The notes under the pieces are model-generated. The model saw only the letters and a program-made list of their open reading frames with translations. It had not been told where the DNA came from and did no database searches. The position numbers and the translations under genes are program-made. A DNA stretch of 64,000 nucleotides from Bacteroidales bacterium (GTDB taxonomy: Bacteria > Bacteroidota > Bacteroidia > Bacteroidales > VadinHA17): NCBI GenBank assembly GCA_035299385.1, contig DATGWQ010000268.1:3279-67278 (forward strand), written 5' to 3'. Of this stretch, positions 8,185 through 16,471 are shown piece by piece; position 1 is the stretch's first letter; the number at the start of each line of letters is the position of its first letter.

Positions 8185-9804
8185 TCAGATTTTGGGTCCA
8201 TGGTTCACCAGTTGGGCTGTTTCTTTATTTGAAGTGAACTTGCTGAAGTTATTTATGAATTTGAAGGCAAGGTCAGTGGCGGCAATGTGCCATTTGATCC
8301 TGGATTCCCAAACGTTGCCTGGATCCAGCATTTCGGGGTCTATTCCTTCGATCCTGTCCGGGATGCTTAAATTGAAAACAGGCAGCATGGAGAAACCCGA
8401 ATTGTTTATTGAGCCGTCGAGGATAGCATTTATTATCCTCCTTGTTACGTTGATGTCAATCCGGTTCCCTGTTCCGTATGGACCCCGCATCCATCCTGTG
8501 TTGACAAGCCATGCTTCAGCGTTGTTTTCCTTCATCTTCCTTGTAAGCAAGTTCGCATAGGTTATCGGGTCCAGCATGAGGAAAGCAGCGCCGAAACAAG
8601 CTGAGAATGAAGGGAGCGGTTCAATGATCCCTCTCTCGGTACCTGCGATTTTCGCTGTGTAGCCGCTGAGGAAATAATATCTTGTCTGGTCCTCGTCGAG
8701 ACGGCTGACCGGAGGAAGAACCCCGAAAGCATCTGCGGTCAGAAAGATGACTTTCTTTGCAGGACCGGCCCTGGATACAGGTTTTACAATATTCTTTATA
8801 TGATAAATAGGGTAGGAGACTCTTGTGTTTTCTGTCTTTGACTGATCATTGAAATCGATTGTTCCGTCGGACAGCACGACAACATTCTCCAGTAAAGCAT
8901 CGCGTTTTATGGCAGCGTAGATATCCGGCTCATTTTTCCTGCTCAGTTTGATGCATTTTGCGTAGCAGCCACCTTCGAAATTGAATATCCCCTCTTCATC
9001 CCATCCATGCTCATCATCACCTATTAGCGCTCTTTCCGGATCAGTGGACAGTGTTGTCTTACCGGTTCCGGACAACCCGAAAAATATAGCCGTGTCGCCG
9101 TTTTTTCCAACATTGGCAGAGCAGTGCATCGAGGCTATTCCCCTCAGGGGCATGTAATAATTCATTACCGCAAAAATGCCTTTTTTCATTTCACCGCCAT
9201 ACCATGTCCCACCGACAATAAGCATATTCTCGGTAAGGTTGAACATGACAAAATTTTCCGAATTGAGGCCCTGAGCTTTCCAGTCAGGATTGATGCATTT
9301 TGAAGCCATCAGGACCACGAAATTGGGTTTGAACTCCTCCAGCTCTTCCGGTTCGGGCCGTATAAACATATTCTTCACGAAATGCGCCTGCCATGCAACT
9401 TCCATCACAAACCTGACATTCAGCCTCGTGTTTTTGTTTGCGCCGCAGAAGCAATCGACCACGTACAGCTTCCTGCCTGAAAGATGACCCGTGGCCAGGT
9501 CCTTGCAGTGCTTCCATATTCCGGGAGTCAGTTTTTTGTTATCTGATACAACCGCCCTCTCGGATCTCCACCAGATCGTGTCCCTGGTTTTTTCATCAAA
9601 AACGACATATTTGTCTTTGGGCGATCTGCCTGTGAAGATCCCCGTATCGATCGCTATTGCACCATTTTTAGTAATAACTCCCCTTTCGGTTTTCTCCAGC
9701 CCCGGTTTGGTCTCTTCGGCAAACAGCGTATTGTATGAAGGCTGATAAAGCAGCTCCGTCACATCATTTATACCGTATTCACTCAGGTCTTTAGAGGTGA
9801 TCAT
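8185..9804 (-). CDS. pckA: phosphoenolpyruvate carboxykinase (ATP)
   Basis: 539 aa with kinase-1a motif [13 protein letters not shown] and the overall ATP-PEPCK pattern. It starts 13 nt downstream of... precedes plsY by a 13-nt gap on the minus strand. Confidence 0.95.
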   Translation of the reverse strand: MITSKDLSEYGINDVTELLYQPSYNTLFAEETKPGLEKTERGVITKNGAIAIDTGIFTGRSPKDKYVVFDEKTRDTIWWRSERAVVSDNKKLTPGIWKHCKDLATGHLSGRKLYVVDCFCGANKNTRLNVRFVMEVAWQAHFVKNMFIRPEPEELEEFKPNFVVLMASKCINPDWKAQGLNSENFVMFNLTENMLIVGGTWYGGEMKKGIFAVMNYYMPLRGIASMHCSANVGKNGDTAIFFGLSGTGKTTLSTDPERALIGDDEHGWDEEGIFNFEGGCYAKCIKLSRKNEPDIYAAIKRDALLENVVVLSDGTIDFNDQSKTENTRVSYPIYHIKNIVKPVSRAGPAKKVIFLTADAFGVLPPVSRLDEDQTRYYFLSGYTAKIAGTERGIIEPLPSFSACFGAAFLMLDPITYANLLTRKMKENNAEAWLVNTGWMRGPYGTGNRIDINVTRRIINAILDGSINNSGFSMLPVFNLSIPDRIEGIDPEMLDPGNVWESRIKWHIAATDLAFKFINNFSKFTSNKETAQLVNHGPKI

Positions 9805-9840
9805 GTCAGCTATTTACTTACAATTTACAAAATAAATGTC

Positions 9841-9883
9841 AAAAAAAGAAGAATAATAAAGGGCATCCCTGAGAGATGCCCTT
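9841..9883 (-). terminator. rho-independent terminator of ppdK
   Basis: Stem AAGGGCATC (9859-9867) / GATGCCCTT (9875-9883) with a 7-nt loop. On the minus strand it is followed by TATTATTCTTCTTTTTTT. Confidence 0.75.
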
Positions 9884-9901
9884 CAAAAATATAAAATCAG
9901 A

Positions 9902-12628
9902 TTATTTTCCGTATTTGACTGATGACTGTGCTGCAGCAAGTCTTGCAATCGGAACCCTGAAAGGTGAGCAGCTTACGTAGGTAAGTCCTGTTTTGAAGCA
10001 GAACTCGACTGAAGCGGGATCTCCTCCCTGTTCACCGCAGATGCCTACTTTCAGGTCGCTCCTTGTGGAACGGCCTTTCTGAACTGCCATCTGGATGAGC
10101 TGGCCGATTCCATCCTGATCTATTGTCTGGAAAGGATCTGCAGTAAGTATCTTCTTATCGAGGTAATCATTCATGAAAGCGCCTGTATCATCGCGGCTGA
10201 ACCCGAATCCCATCTGTGTAAGGTCGTTCGTACCGAATGAGAAGAACTCGGCGGTCTTTGACATCCTGTCTGCAAGCAGGCATGCGCGCGGGATCTCGAT
10301 CATTGTTCCGTATTTGTAATCGATGCTCTTCACGCCGAATTTCTGGCATACTTCACCATAAACTCTGTCAACGATCTTCTTTGTGAAATCAAGCTCTGCA
10401 ACATCGCATGTAACAGGAACCATGATTTCCGGATGAGGCTGTTTGCCTTCCTTGATAAGCTCAACAGTCGATTCGAAGATTGCCCTTATCTGCATTTCAG
10501 AAATTTCCGGATAGGTTATGCCGAGGCGAACTCCGCGATGACCCATCATCGGGTTCGATTCATGAAGACCTTCGCCGCGTTTTGCAACATCCTCGGGTTT
10601 GATGCCGAGAGCTTTTGCGAGTTCGGCCTGTTTTTCAGCGCCCTGTGGAACAAATTCATGAAGGGGCGGGTCGAGAAGCCTGAATGTTACGGGAAGACCG
10701 TCCATTGCAGCAAGGGTTGCTTTCATATCTTTCTTCACAAAGTTGAAGAGCTCATCAAGAGCTTTGCGTCTTTCTTCTACATTTGCGCTGAGGATCATTT
10801 TACGAAGCAGGAACAGGGGCTGTTCCGAGCCTTTTCCGTAGAACATGTGCTCGGTACGGAAGAGACCGATACCCTCTGCACCGAAACTTCTTGCTATGGC
10901 AGCATCATCGGGAGTGTCTGCATTGGTGCGCACACCCATCTTCCTGTATTTGTCAACGATGCTCATGAACTCCCTGAACCTTGGGTTTTCTGATGCATCC
11001 ATAAGCTTGAGAGAGCCCTGGTAAACATTACCCCTGGTGCCGTTGAGTGTAAGGACGTCGCCTTCCTTTATCACGACGCTGGAACCGGAGACCTTTGCTG
11101 TCTTTGAAGCAGCATCAACATGAAGCTGTCCTGCACCGACTATACAGCATTTACCCCATCCGCGGGCAACAAGTGCTGCGTGGGATGTCATGCCACCGCG
11201 TGCCGTAAGGATACCGGTCGCAGCGCGCATGCCTTCAACATCCTCAGGGTTGGTCTCTTCGCGGAGAAGAATTACTTTTTCACCTTTGCGCGACCATGCC
11301 ACTGCATCCTCGGCTGTGAAAACAACTTTTCCGACAGCTGCTCCGGGTCCTGCGGGAAGACCTTTTACTATCGGGTTGACTTTCTTTTCTTCATTGGGAT
11401 CACAGATCGGGTGAAGGAGTTCGTCGAGCTGAACCGGGTCAACGCGCATAACTGCTGTCTTCTCATCGATCAGTTTTTCATGAAGCATGTCCATAGCCAT
11501 GTTGAGGGCGGCTGTACCTGTCCTCTTTCCTGCGCGGCACTGAAGCATGTAAAGTGTACCTTCCTGGATTGTGAATTCGATGTCGAGCATGTCGTGGAAC
11601 GATTTCTCGAGGATGTTCCTGATCTCTACGAGTTCCTTGTAGGTCTTTGGCATAGCCTCCTGCATGCTGTGCAGATGCTTATTTTGCTCGTTCTTTGTCT
11701 CATCGTTAAGGGGGCTCGGTGTGCGGATACCTGCAACAACGTCCTCACCCTGTGCGTTTACCAGCCATTCTCCGTAGAACAGGTTCTCGCCGGTAGCGGG
11801 GTTACGTGTGAAGGCAACACCCGTTGCAGATGTGTCACCCATATTTCCGAATACCATCGCCTGTACGTTAACAGCTGTTCCCCAATCATCGGGAATTCCT
11901 TCGATACGACGGTATGAAACTGCTTTTTTACCATTCCAGCTTTTGAATACTGCCTTGATACCACCTTCAAGCTGTTCTTTTGCATCATCGGGGAAAGGTT
12001 TGCCAAGGGCTTTCTTTATTATTTTCTTGAATTCCTCGCCAAGGAACTTAAGCTCATCGGCATTGATATCTGTGTCTGATTTGTAGCCTTTTTCTTTTTT
12101 AAACTCATCAAGTCTTTCATCAAGAAGCTTGCGGATACCTTTTCCTTCGGCAGGAGGAAGGTCCTCTGCTTTTTCCATAACCACGTCGGCATACATCATT
12201 ATGAGGCGGCGGTATGAATCCCACACGAACCTCGGATTGTTTGTTTTCTTCAGGAAACCCGGGATGGTTGCAGTGCTGAGTCCGATATTGAGCACAGTGT
12301 CCATCATGCCGGGCATTGACTTCCGGGCGCCTGAGCGGCATGAAACCAGGAGTGCATTCTCCGGATCACCATATTTCATACCCATTGTTTCCTCGGTCTT
12401 TTTCATCGCAGCCCACACTTCAGGCATGAGATCAGGATGCAGTTTCTCATTGTTCCTGTAATATTCCATACAAGCCTCTGTTGTGATGGTGAATCCTGCA
12501 GGGACTGGCAGCGCCAGAAGACACATCTCGGCAAGGTTGGCACCTTTTCCACCGAGAAGGTTTTTCATGTCGGCTTTACCCTCTGCGCTTTTCTTTCCAA
12601 AGGAATAAACTCTTTTAACGTTTGACAT
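9902..12628 (-). CDS. ppdK: pyruvate, phosphate dikinase
   Basis: 908 aa. Phosphohistidine swivel motif GGMTSHAALVARGWG, N-terminal ATP-grasp and C-terminal PEP-utilising barrel (ICGEQGGDP). Confidence 0.97.
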   Translation of the reverse strand: MSNVKRVYSFGKKSAEGKADMKNLLGGKGANLAEMCLLALPVPAGFTITTEACMEYYRNNEKLHPDLMPEVWAAMKKTEETMGMKYGDPENALLVSCRSGARKSMPGMMDTVLNIGLSTATIPGFLKKTNNPRFVWDSYRRLIMMYADVVMEKAEDLPPAEGKGIRKLLDERLDEFKKEKGYKSDTDINADELKFLGEEFKKIIKKALGKPFPDDAKEQLEGGIKAVFKSWNGKKAVSYRRIEGIPDDWGTAVNVQAMVFGNMGDTSATGVAFTRNPATGENLFYGEWLVNAQGEDVVAGIRTPSPLNDETKNEQNKHLHSMQEAMPKTYKELVEIRNILEKSFHDMLDIEFTIQEGTLYMLQCRAGKRTGTAALNMAMDMLHEKLIDEKTAVMRVDPVQLDELLHPICDPNEEKKVNPIVKGLPAGPGAAVGKVVFTAEDAVAWSRKGEKVILLREETNPEDVEGMRAATGILTARGGMTSHAALVARGWGKCCIVGAGQLHVDAASKTAKVSGSSVVIKEGDVLTLNGTRGNVYQGSLKLMDASENPRFREFMSIVDKYRKMGVRTNADTPDDAAIARSFGAEGIGLFRTEHMFYGKGSEQPLFLLRKMILSANVEERRKALDELFNFVKKDMKATLAAMDGLPVTFRLLDPPLHEFVPQGAEKQAELAKALGIKPEDVAKRGEGLHESNPMMGHRGVRLGITYPEISEMQIRAIFESTVELIKEGKQPHPEIMVPVTCDVAELDFTKKIVDRVYGEVCQKFGVKSIDYKYGTMIEIPRACLLADRMSKTAEFFSFGTNDLTQMGFGFSRDDTGAFMNDYLDKKILTADPFQTIDQDGIGQLIQMAVQKGRSTRSDLKVGICGEQGGDPASVEFCFKTGLTYVSCSPFRVPIARLAAAQSSVKYGK

Positions 12629-12678
12629 AGTTTATTGATTTTGATAAGTTTAAAATATTGATTTTGCAAAATAAGTCG

Positions 12679-12686
12679 CAAAGTTA
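12679..12686 (-). promoter_or_regulatory. -7 box TAACTTTG for ppdK
   Basis: Perfect TAnnTTTG on the minus strand, 51 nt upstream of the ATG at 12628. Confidence 0.45.
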
Positions 12687-12716
12687 GTATTTTTTTGAAA
12701 TAATTTTTATCAATTA

Positions 12717-12937
12717 ATCAGGAAGACGGAAGTCCGAAAACGGAAGACGGAAATTTACTGTCACCAAGGCGCAAAGACACAAAGGTTAACCAGGATACTC
12801 TGCTTTACTTTGGTGTTTCTTGGTGCCTTGGTGTCTTGGTGGCAAAATGTCATCAGGAAGACGGAAGTCCGAAGACGTAAGACGTAAGACGGAAGACGCA
12901 AAGACACAAAGGTTTACCAGGATGCTCTTTGTGTAAC
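12717..12937. repeat. two tandem copies (~130-nt period) of a composite element: GGAAGAC-type heptamer array + CACAAAGG/CTTGGTG hairpin
   Basis: ATCAGGAAGACGGAAGTCCGAA is identical at 12717-12738 and 12852-12873. GCAAAGACACAAAGGTTWACCAGGATRCTCT occurs at 12771-12801 and 12898-12928. CACCAAGG (12762-12769) pairs with CCTTGGTG (12826-12833), and ACACAAAG (12904-12911) pairs with CTTTGTGT (12927-12934). Confidence 0.9.
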
Positions 12938-12965
12938 TTAGCGCCTTAACGGCAATTTTTTAGAC

Positions 12966-13892
12966 TTAATCAGATTCTGATCTGGGATGGAACATATTTA
13001 TCTGGTCCCTGAGGAATGTCCTGTCGATATGGGTATAAATTTCCGTTGTCAGAATTGATTCGTGCCCGAGCATCTCCTGTACCGCCCTGAGATCGGCCCC
13101 TGCCTGTACAAGATGTGTTGCGAATGAATGCCTGAAGGTGTGCGGATGGATGTTCTTCTTTATCCCCGCTCTTTCTGCAAGCTCCTTTATTATATGGAAT
13201 ATCATTGCACGGGTCAGCTTACGCCCCCTTCGATTCAGAAAAATGATGTTCTCATCGTGAATGACCGGAAGCAAATTCCTGATCTTCTTGTAATTGTTGA
13301 TCTCTTTGAGCGCCGTTTTCCCCACAGGCACAAGCCTTTGCTTGCTCCCTTTCCCTGTCACAATTATATAATGCTCTTCTTCATGAAGATCAGTTAGGCG
13401 GAGATTGACAACCTCCGAAACCCTCAGTCCGCAACCGTAAAGTGTTTCAATGATTGCTTTGTTCCTGTGTCCCTCGGGTCTGCTCAGATCGATGCTCCGG
13501 ACAATATTATCGATCTCTTCGACGGAAAGCACATCGGGCAGCTTAAATCCGATCTTCGGTGACTCGATAAGTGATGACGGATTTTCATTTATTTCACCTT
13601 CAATCAGCAGAAACCTGAAAAAAGCCCTTATTCCTGAGAGGGTCCTCGACTGTGTACGGGTATTCGTGGAGCTTCCTGCAAACCACACAATGAAATCCCT
13701 GAGATCCTGGTAAGTAACCTGAACAGGAGATGTATCACGTTTTTTGTCAATGAAAAATGATTCAAGCTTCTGCACATCGCCGAGGTATGCTTCGATGCTG
13801 TTTTCAGACAGTGATTTCTCAAGCCTGAGATAATTTGTGAAATCCCTGAACGATTGCTTCCAGGTAAGGCTCATGAATTCGGAAATATTCAT
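12966..13892 (-). CDS. xerD: tyrosine site-specific recombinase XerD/XerC type
   Basis: Catalytic motifs GLRVSE, RHSFATHL and LGHESILTTEIYTH. The track start at 14063 is rejected because it overlaps aroQ and reads through a repeat hairpin. The ATG at 13892 (or 13874) gives about 305 aa. Confidence 0.85.
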   Translation of the reverse strand: MNISEFMSLTWKQSFRDFTNYLRLEKSLSENSIEAYLGDVQKLESFFIDKKRDTSPVQVTYQDLRDFIVWFAGSSTNTRTQSRTLSGIRAFFRFLLIEGEINENPSSLIESPKIGFKLPDVLSVEEIDNIVRSIDLSRPEGHRNKAIIETLYGCGLRVSEVVNLRLTDLHEEEHYIIVTGKGSKQRLVPVGKTALKEINNYKKIRNLLPVIHDENIIFLNRRGRKLTRAMIFHIIKELAERAGIKKNIHPHTFRHSFATHLVQAGADLRAVQEMLGHESILTTEIYTHIDRTFLRDQINMFHPRSESD

Positions 13893-13905
13893 GTAAATAT
13901 ACATT

Positions 13906-13974
13906 TTCCTTTGTGTTCCTTTGTGCAAGGTCAACATGAAGGACACGAAGGTCTGTTCGAAGGGCACAAGGGGA
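13906..13974. repeat. imperfect hairpin built from TTCCTTTGTG repeats and their complements
   Basis: (TTCCTTTGTG)x2 at 13906-13925 faces GAAGGACACGAAGG and GGGCACAAGGGGA at 13939-13974. It lies between divergent xerD and aroQ. Confidence 0.7.
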
Positions 13975-14046
13975 CAATAATCATATATCATTTTTTTGGT
14001 TAACTTTACTTCACAGGCCATAACCTTTTTTGCTGCTGACATATCT

Positions 14047-14478
14047 ATGAAAATCACGGTCATAAACGGTCCTAATCTTAACCTTCTCGGTAAACGGGAG
14101 CCGGAGAAATACGGAAAAATGACATTCGGCGATTATTTTGAGATTTTGAAATCGCGTTTTCCTGATGTCAGTTTCAGCTATTTTCAATCAAATGTTGAAG
14201 GAGAGCTGATAAATGTAATCCAGCAAGCTGGCTTTGTTGAGGATGGCATAATACTCAATGCCGGAGGCTATACCCACACCTCTGTTGCCATTGCCGATGC
14301 AATTGCTTCAGTCAAAGCCCCGGTTATCGAAGTGCACATTACCAACATCGCATCACGCGAGGAATTCCGTCACACAAGCATTATTGGCAGGAGCTGTGCA
14401 GGAAGCATCACCGGCTTCGGGCTCGACAGCTACAGGCTCGCTGTTGAGGCCTTGAAAGAAAAAGTTAAAAACAGGTAG
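14047..14478 (+). CDS. aroQ: type II 3-dehydroquinate dehydratase
   Basis: MKITVINGPNLNLLGKREPEKYG, GGYTHTSVA and EVHITNIASREEFRH motifs. ATG at 14047 chosen; 143 aa. Confidence 0.9.
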   Translation: MKITVINGPNLNLLGKREPEKYGKMTFGDYFEILKSRFPDVSFSYFQSNVEGELINVIQQAGFVEDGIILNAGGYTHTSVAIADAIASVKAPVIEVHITNIASREEFRHTSIIGRSCAGSITGFGLDSYRLAVEALKEKVKNR

Positions 14479-14487
14479 AAATCATAC

Positions 14488-15918
14488 ATGATAAGAAAAA
14501 GAACAAAGATCGTTGCCACCATTTCTGACAAGAACTGTTCAGTTCAGTTCCTGAAGGATCTTTATGAGGCAGGCATGAATGTTGTCAGGATCAATTCTGC
14601 TCACTGCAGCATTGATGGCGCCCTGAAGATCATGAAAAACGTGAGGGAAGTGTCTTCCCAGATAGCTTTGCTTATTGATACTAAAGGTCCTGAAATCAGG
14701 ACAACAGAATGCGATACGCCCCTCCAGCTGAAAAAAGGCAACAGGATAAGCATTATCGGTGACCCTGACAGGAAGACGACCCATGAGGCGATCTGCGTTA
14801 CTTACAGGAATTTCGCATCAGATGTGCCACCTGATTCCACAATCCTTATGGATGACGGCGAGCTCAAGCTCACTGTCCTGAGCAGGATTGGCAGCTCACT
14901 CGAATGCTCGATCGACAACGACGCAGTCCTGGGATCGAAAAAAAGCGTGAATGTCCCGGCTGCTAAGATCAAGCTTCCTTCCCTCACTGACAAGGACAGG
15001 CGATATCTTGAGATGGCTGCCAAAAATGATATCGATTTCATAGCCCATTCCTTCGTGAGGTCAAAGCAGGATGTTCTTGATGTCAAGGCTGAACTCGCCA
15101 GGTACAGCAGCGATATAAAGGTGATCGCCAAAATTGAAAATGAAGAAGGTGTCGAGAACCTAGACGAAATACTTGAGGAAGCCTACGGCATTATGATAGC
15201 ACGGGGTGATCTTGCAATCGAGGTGCCCTATGAAAAGATACCCGGGCTTCAGAAAATGATGATAAACAGGTGCATCATTTCCAGGAAGCCTGTGATAGTT
15301 GCCACACAGATGCTCCATTCAATGATCACCAGCCCCCGTCCGACAAGGGCAGAGGTGAGCGATGTTGCCAATGCAATCTATTCCCAGACTGATGCCATAA
15401 TGCTCAGCGGTGAAACTGCCAGTGGAAAGTTCCCTGTCGAAGCTGTTCAGGCTATGACGAGAATAGCCGTGGAAGCAGAGAAAAACAAGGAAAAGTTCCT
15501 CGATATACCTTATCTTAATGTAACCGGGGAGATCTCTGCTTACCTTTCCAAGGTCGCCGTAAAAACAGCCTTCAGGATAGGTGCCAAAGGGGTTATTGCT
15601 GATACTGCGGGAGGGAGAACGATCAGGGACATGGCTTCGTACAGGGGAATTAACCTGATACTCGCCCAGTGCTATTCAGAACGTACAATGAGGGAACTCG
15701 CCCTGTCATACGGTGTTTATGCAAGCTACCAGGTAAAGAAGAAATCAGTGGATGAATTCATTCATATAGCCCTCAAGAATCTTGTGAAGACTCATGATAT
15801 GAAAGATGATGACATTATTGTGGTCCTTGCGGGCAATTTCTCGAACGGAGCAGGATTTTCGTTCATTGAAGTAGGCACGGTACAGTACCTGAAGGACAGG
15901 GTAAGTGTTAAAGATTGA
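14488..15918 (+). CDS. pyk: pyruvate kinase
   Basis: 476 aa with TKIVATI, LIDTKGPEIRT, MIARGDLAIEVP and MLSGETASGKFP motifs. It starts 9 nt after aroQ. Confidence 0.95.
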   Translation: MIRKRTKIVATISDKNCSVQFLKDLYEAGMNVVRINSAHCSIDGALKIMKNVREVSSQIALLIDTKGPEIRTTECDTPLQLKKGNRISIIGDPDRKTTHEAICVTYRNFASDVPPDSTILMDDGELKLTVLSRIGSSLECSIDNDAVLGSKKSVNVPAAKIKLPSLTDKDRRYLEMAAKNDIDFIAHSFVRSKQDVLDVKAELARYSSDIKVIAKIENEEGVENLDEILEEAYGIMIARGDLAIEVPYEKIPGLQKMMINRCIISRKPVIVATQMLHSMITSPRPTRAEVSDVANAIYSQTDAIMLSGETASGKFPVEAVQAMTRIAVEAEKNKEKFLDIPYLNVTGEISAYLSKVAVKTAFRIGAKGVIADTAGGRTIRDMASYRGINLILAQCYSERTMRELALSYGVYASYQVKKKSVDEFIHIALKNLVKTHDMKDDDIIVVLAGNFSNGAGFSFIEVGTVQYLKDRVSVKD

Positions 15919-15988
15919 AAAAGAGGTCGTCTGAATGACTTTCAGGCATCATTTTTGTTGATTTATTTTAACCTTTAAATGAACTAAG

Positions 15989-16471
15989 TTGTTCCGGGTA
16001 CTGTTCTTGATATGGTTTTCAGTTCATCCCGTACATGTATCTCTAACAAGCCTGGATTACATTGCGGAAACAAATAATTTCAAAGGTTTTGTCAGGATAT
16101 ATCTTGACGATTTCCTGCTGGACAGCAAAAAGACAGGATATGAAATAGACCAGGAAAAACTGGTGGCCGGGGAAAAATCCTCGGTCGAGATGCTTGAAAA
16201 ATATCTTAATGAGAAGCTTGTTGTCACTGTCGACGACAAAACAGTAAAGGCAAAGCTTAAAGATGTTGAAGTTGCATTGGAACAGAATGAAGTAAATATC
16301 AATTTGTCATTCAGCAATGGCAAAAATCCCGAAAGAGTTACAATAAAGAATTTTATAATGACCGAACTTTACCAGGATCAGGCTAACATGACCATATTAA
16401 AAGTTCAGGATTTTGAGCAGGGTGTAAAGATGACACCTGAAATGACTGAAAGCACGTTTAAAATTAAATGA
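15989..16471 (+). CDS. hypothetical small protein (HPVHVS-motif family)
   Basis: 160 aa, TTG start, hydrophobic N-terminus then HPVHVSLTSLDY. Its stop overlaps the next gene (ATGA). Family assignment is uncertain. Confidence 0.5.
   Translation: MFRVLFLIWFSVHPVHVSLTSLDYIAETNNFKGFVRIYLDDFLLDSKKTGYEIDQEKLVAGEKSSVEMLEKYLNEKLVVTVDDKTVKAKLKDVEVALEQNEVNINLSFSNGKNPERVTIKNFIMTELYQDQANMTILKVQDFEQGVKMTPEMTESTFKIK

Noticed and set aside
10433-11917. Long plus-strand ORFs inside ppdK (10433-10993, 11120-11917, 11190-11414)
   Set aside because: They are antisense shadows of a 908-aa gene with unmistakable PPDK motifs. Their products are Cys/His/Phe-rich nonsense. Similar antisense shadows across htpG, pckA, the histidine kinase, RelA/SpoT and other genes were rejected for the same reason.
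12721-12897. Multiple GAAGAC (type IIS BbsI-like) sites in the GGAAGAC arrays considered as a cloning or synthetic-construct signature
   Set aside because: The sites are simply a consequence of the heptamer unit. The arrays are degenerate and embedded in otherwise natural-looking intergenic DNA, and no vector sequence is visible.
12966-14063. Tyrosine recombinase considered as the integrase of an integrated mobile element or prophage
   Set aside because: Its size and motifs fit chromosomal XerC/D. It sits among housekeeping genes (ppdK, aroQ, pyk). I saw no flanking tRNA, att-like direct repeats, phage or transposon genes, or compositional break. The neighbouring repeats belong to the window-wide repeat family.
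13893-14063. N-terminal extensions of ORF-track models (xerD to 14063, dehydrogenase to 31079, pepD to 50488, IDH-like from 50491, purA to 56175, DUF362 from 43013, low-complexity gene 1 from 35314, DUF3575-like from 56311, citDE from 46002)
   Set aside because: The extensions overlap neighbouring genes, repeat hairpins or -7 boxes. Several start with TTG, and they add residues absent from the well-known N-termini of these families. Internal ATGs give canonical N-termini or signal peptides.
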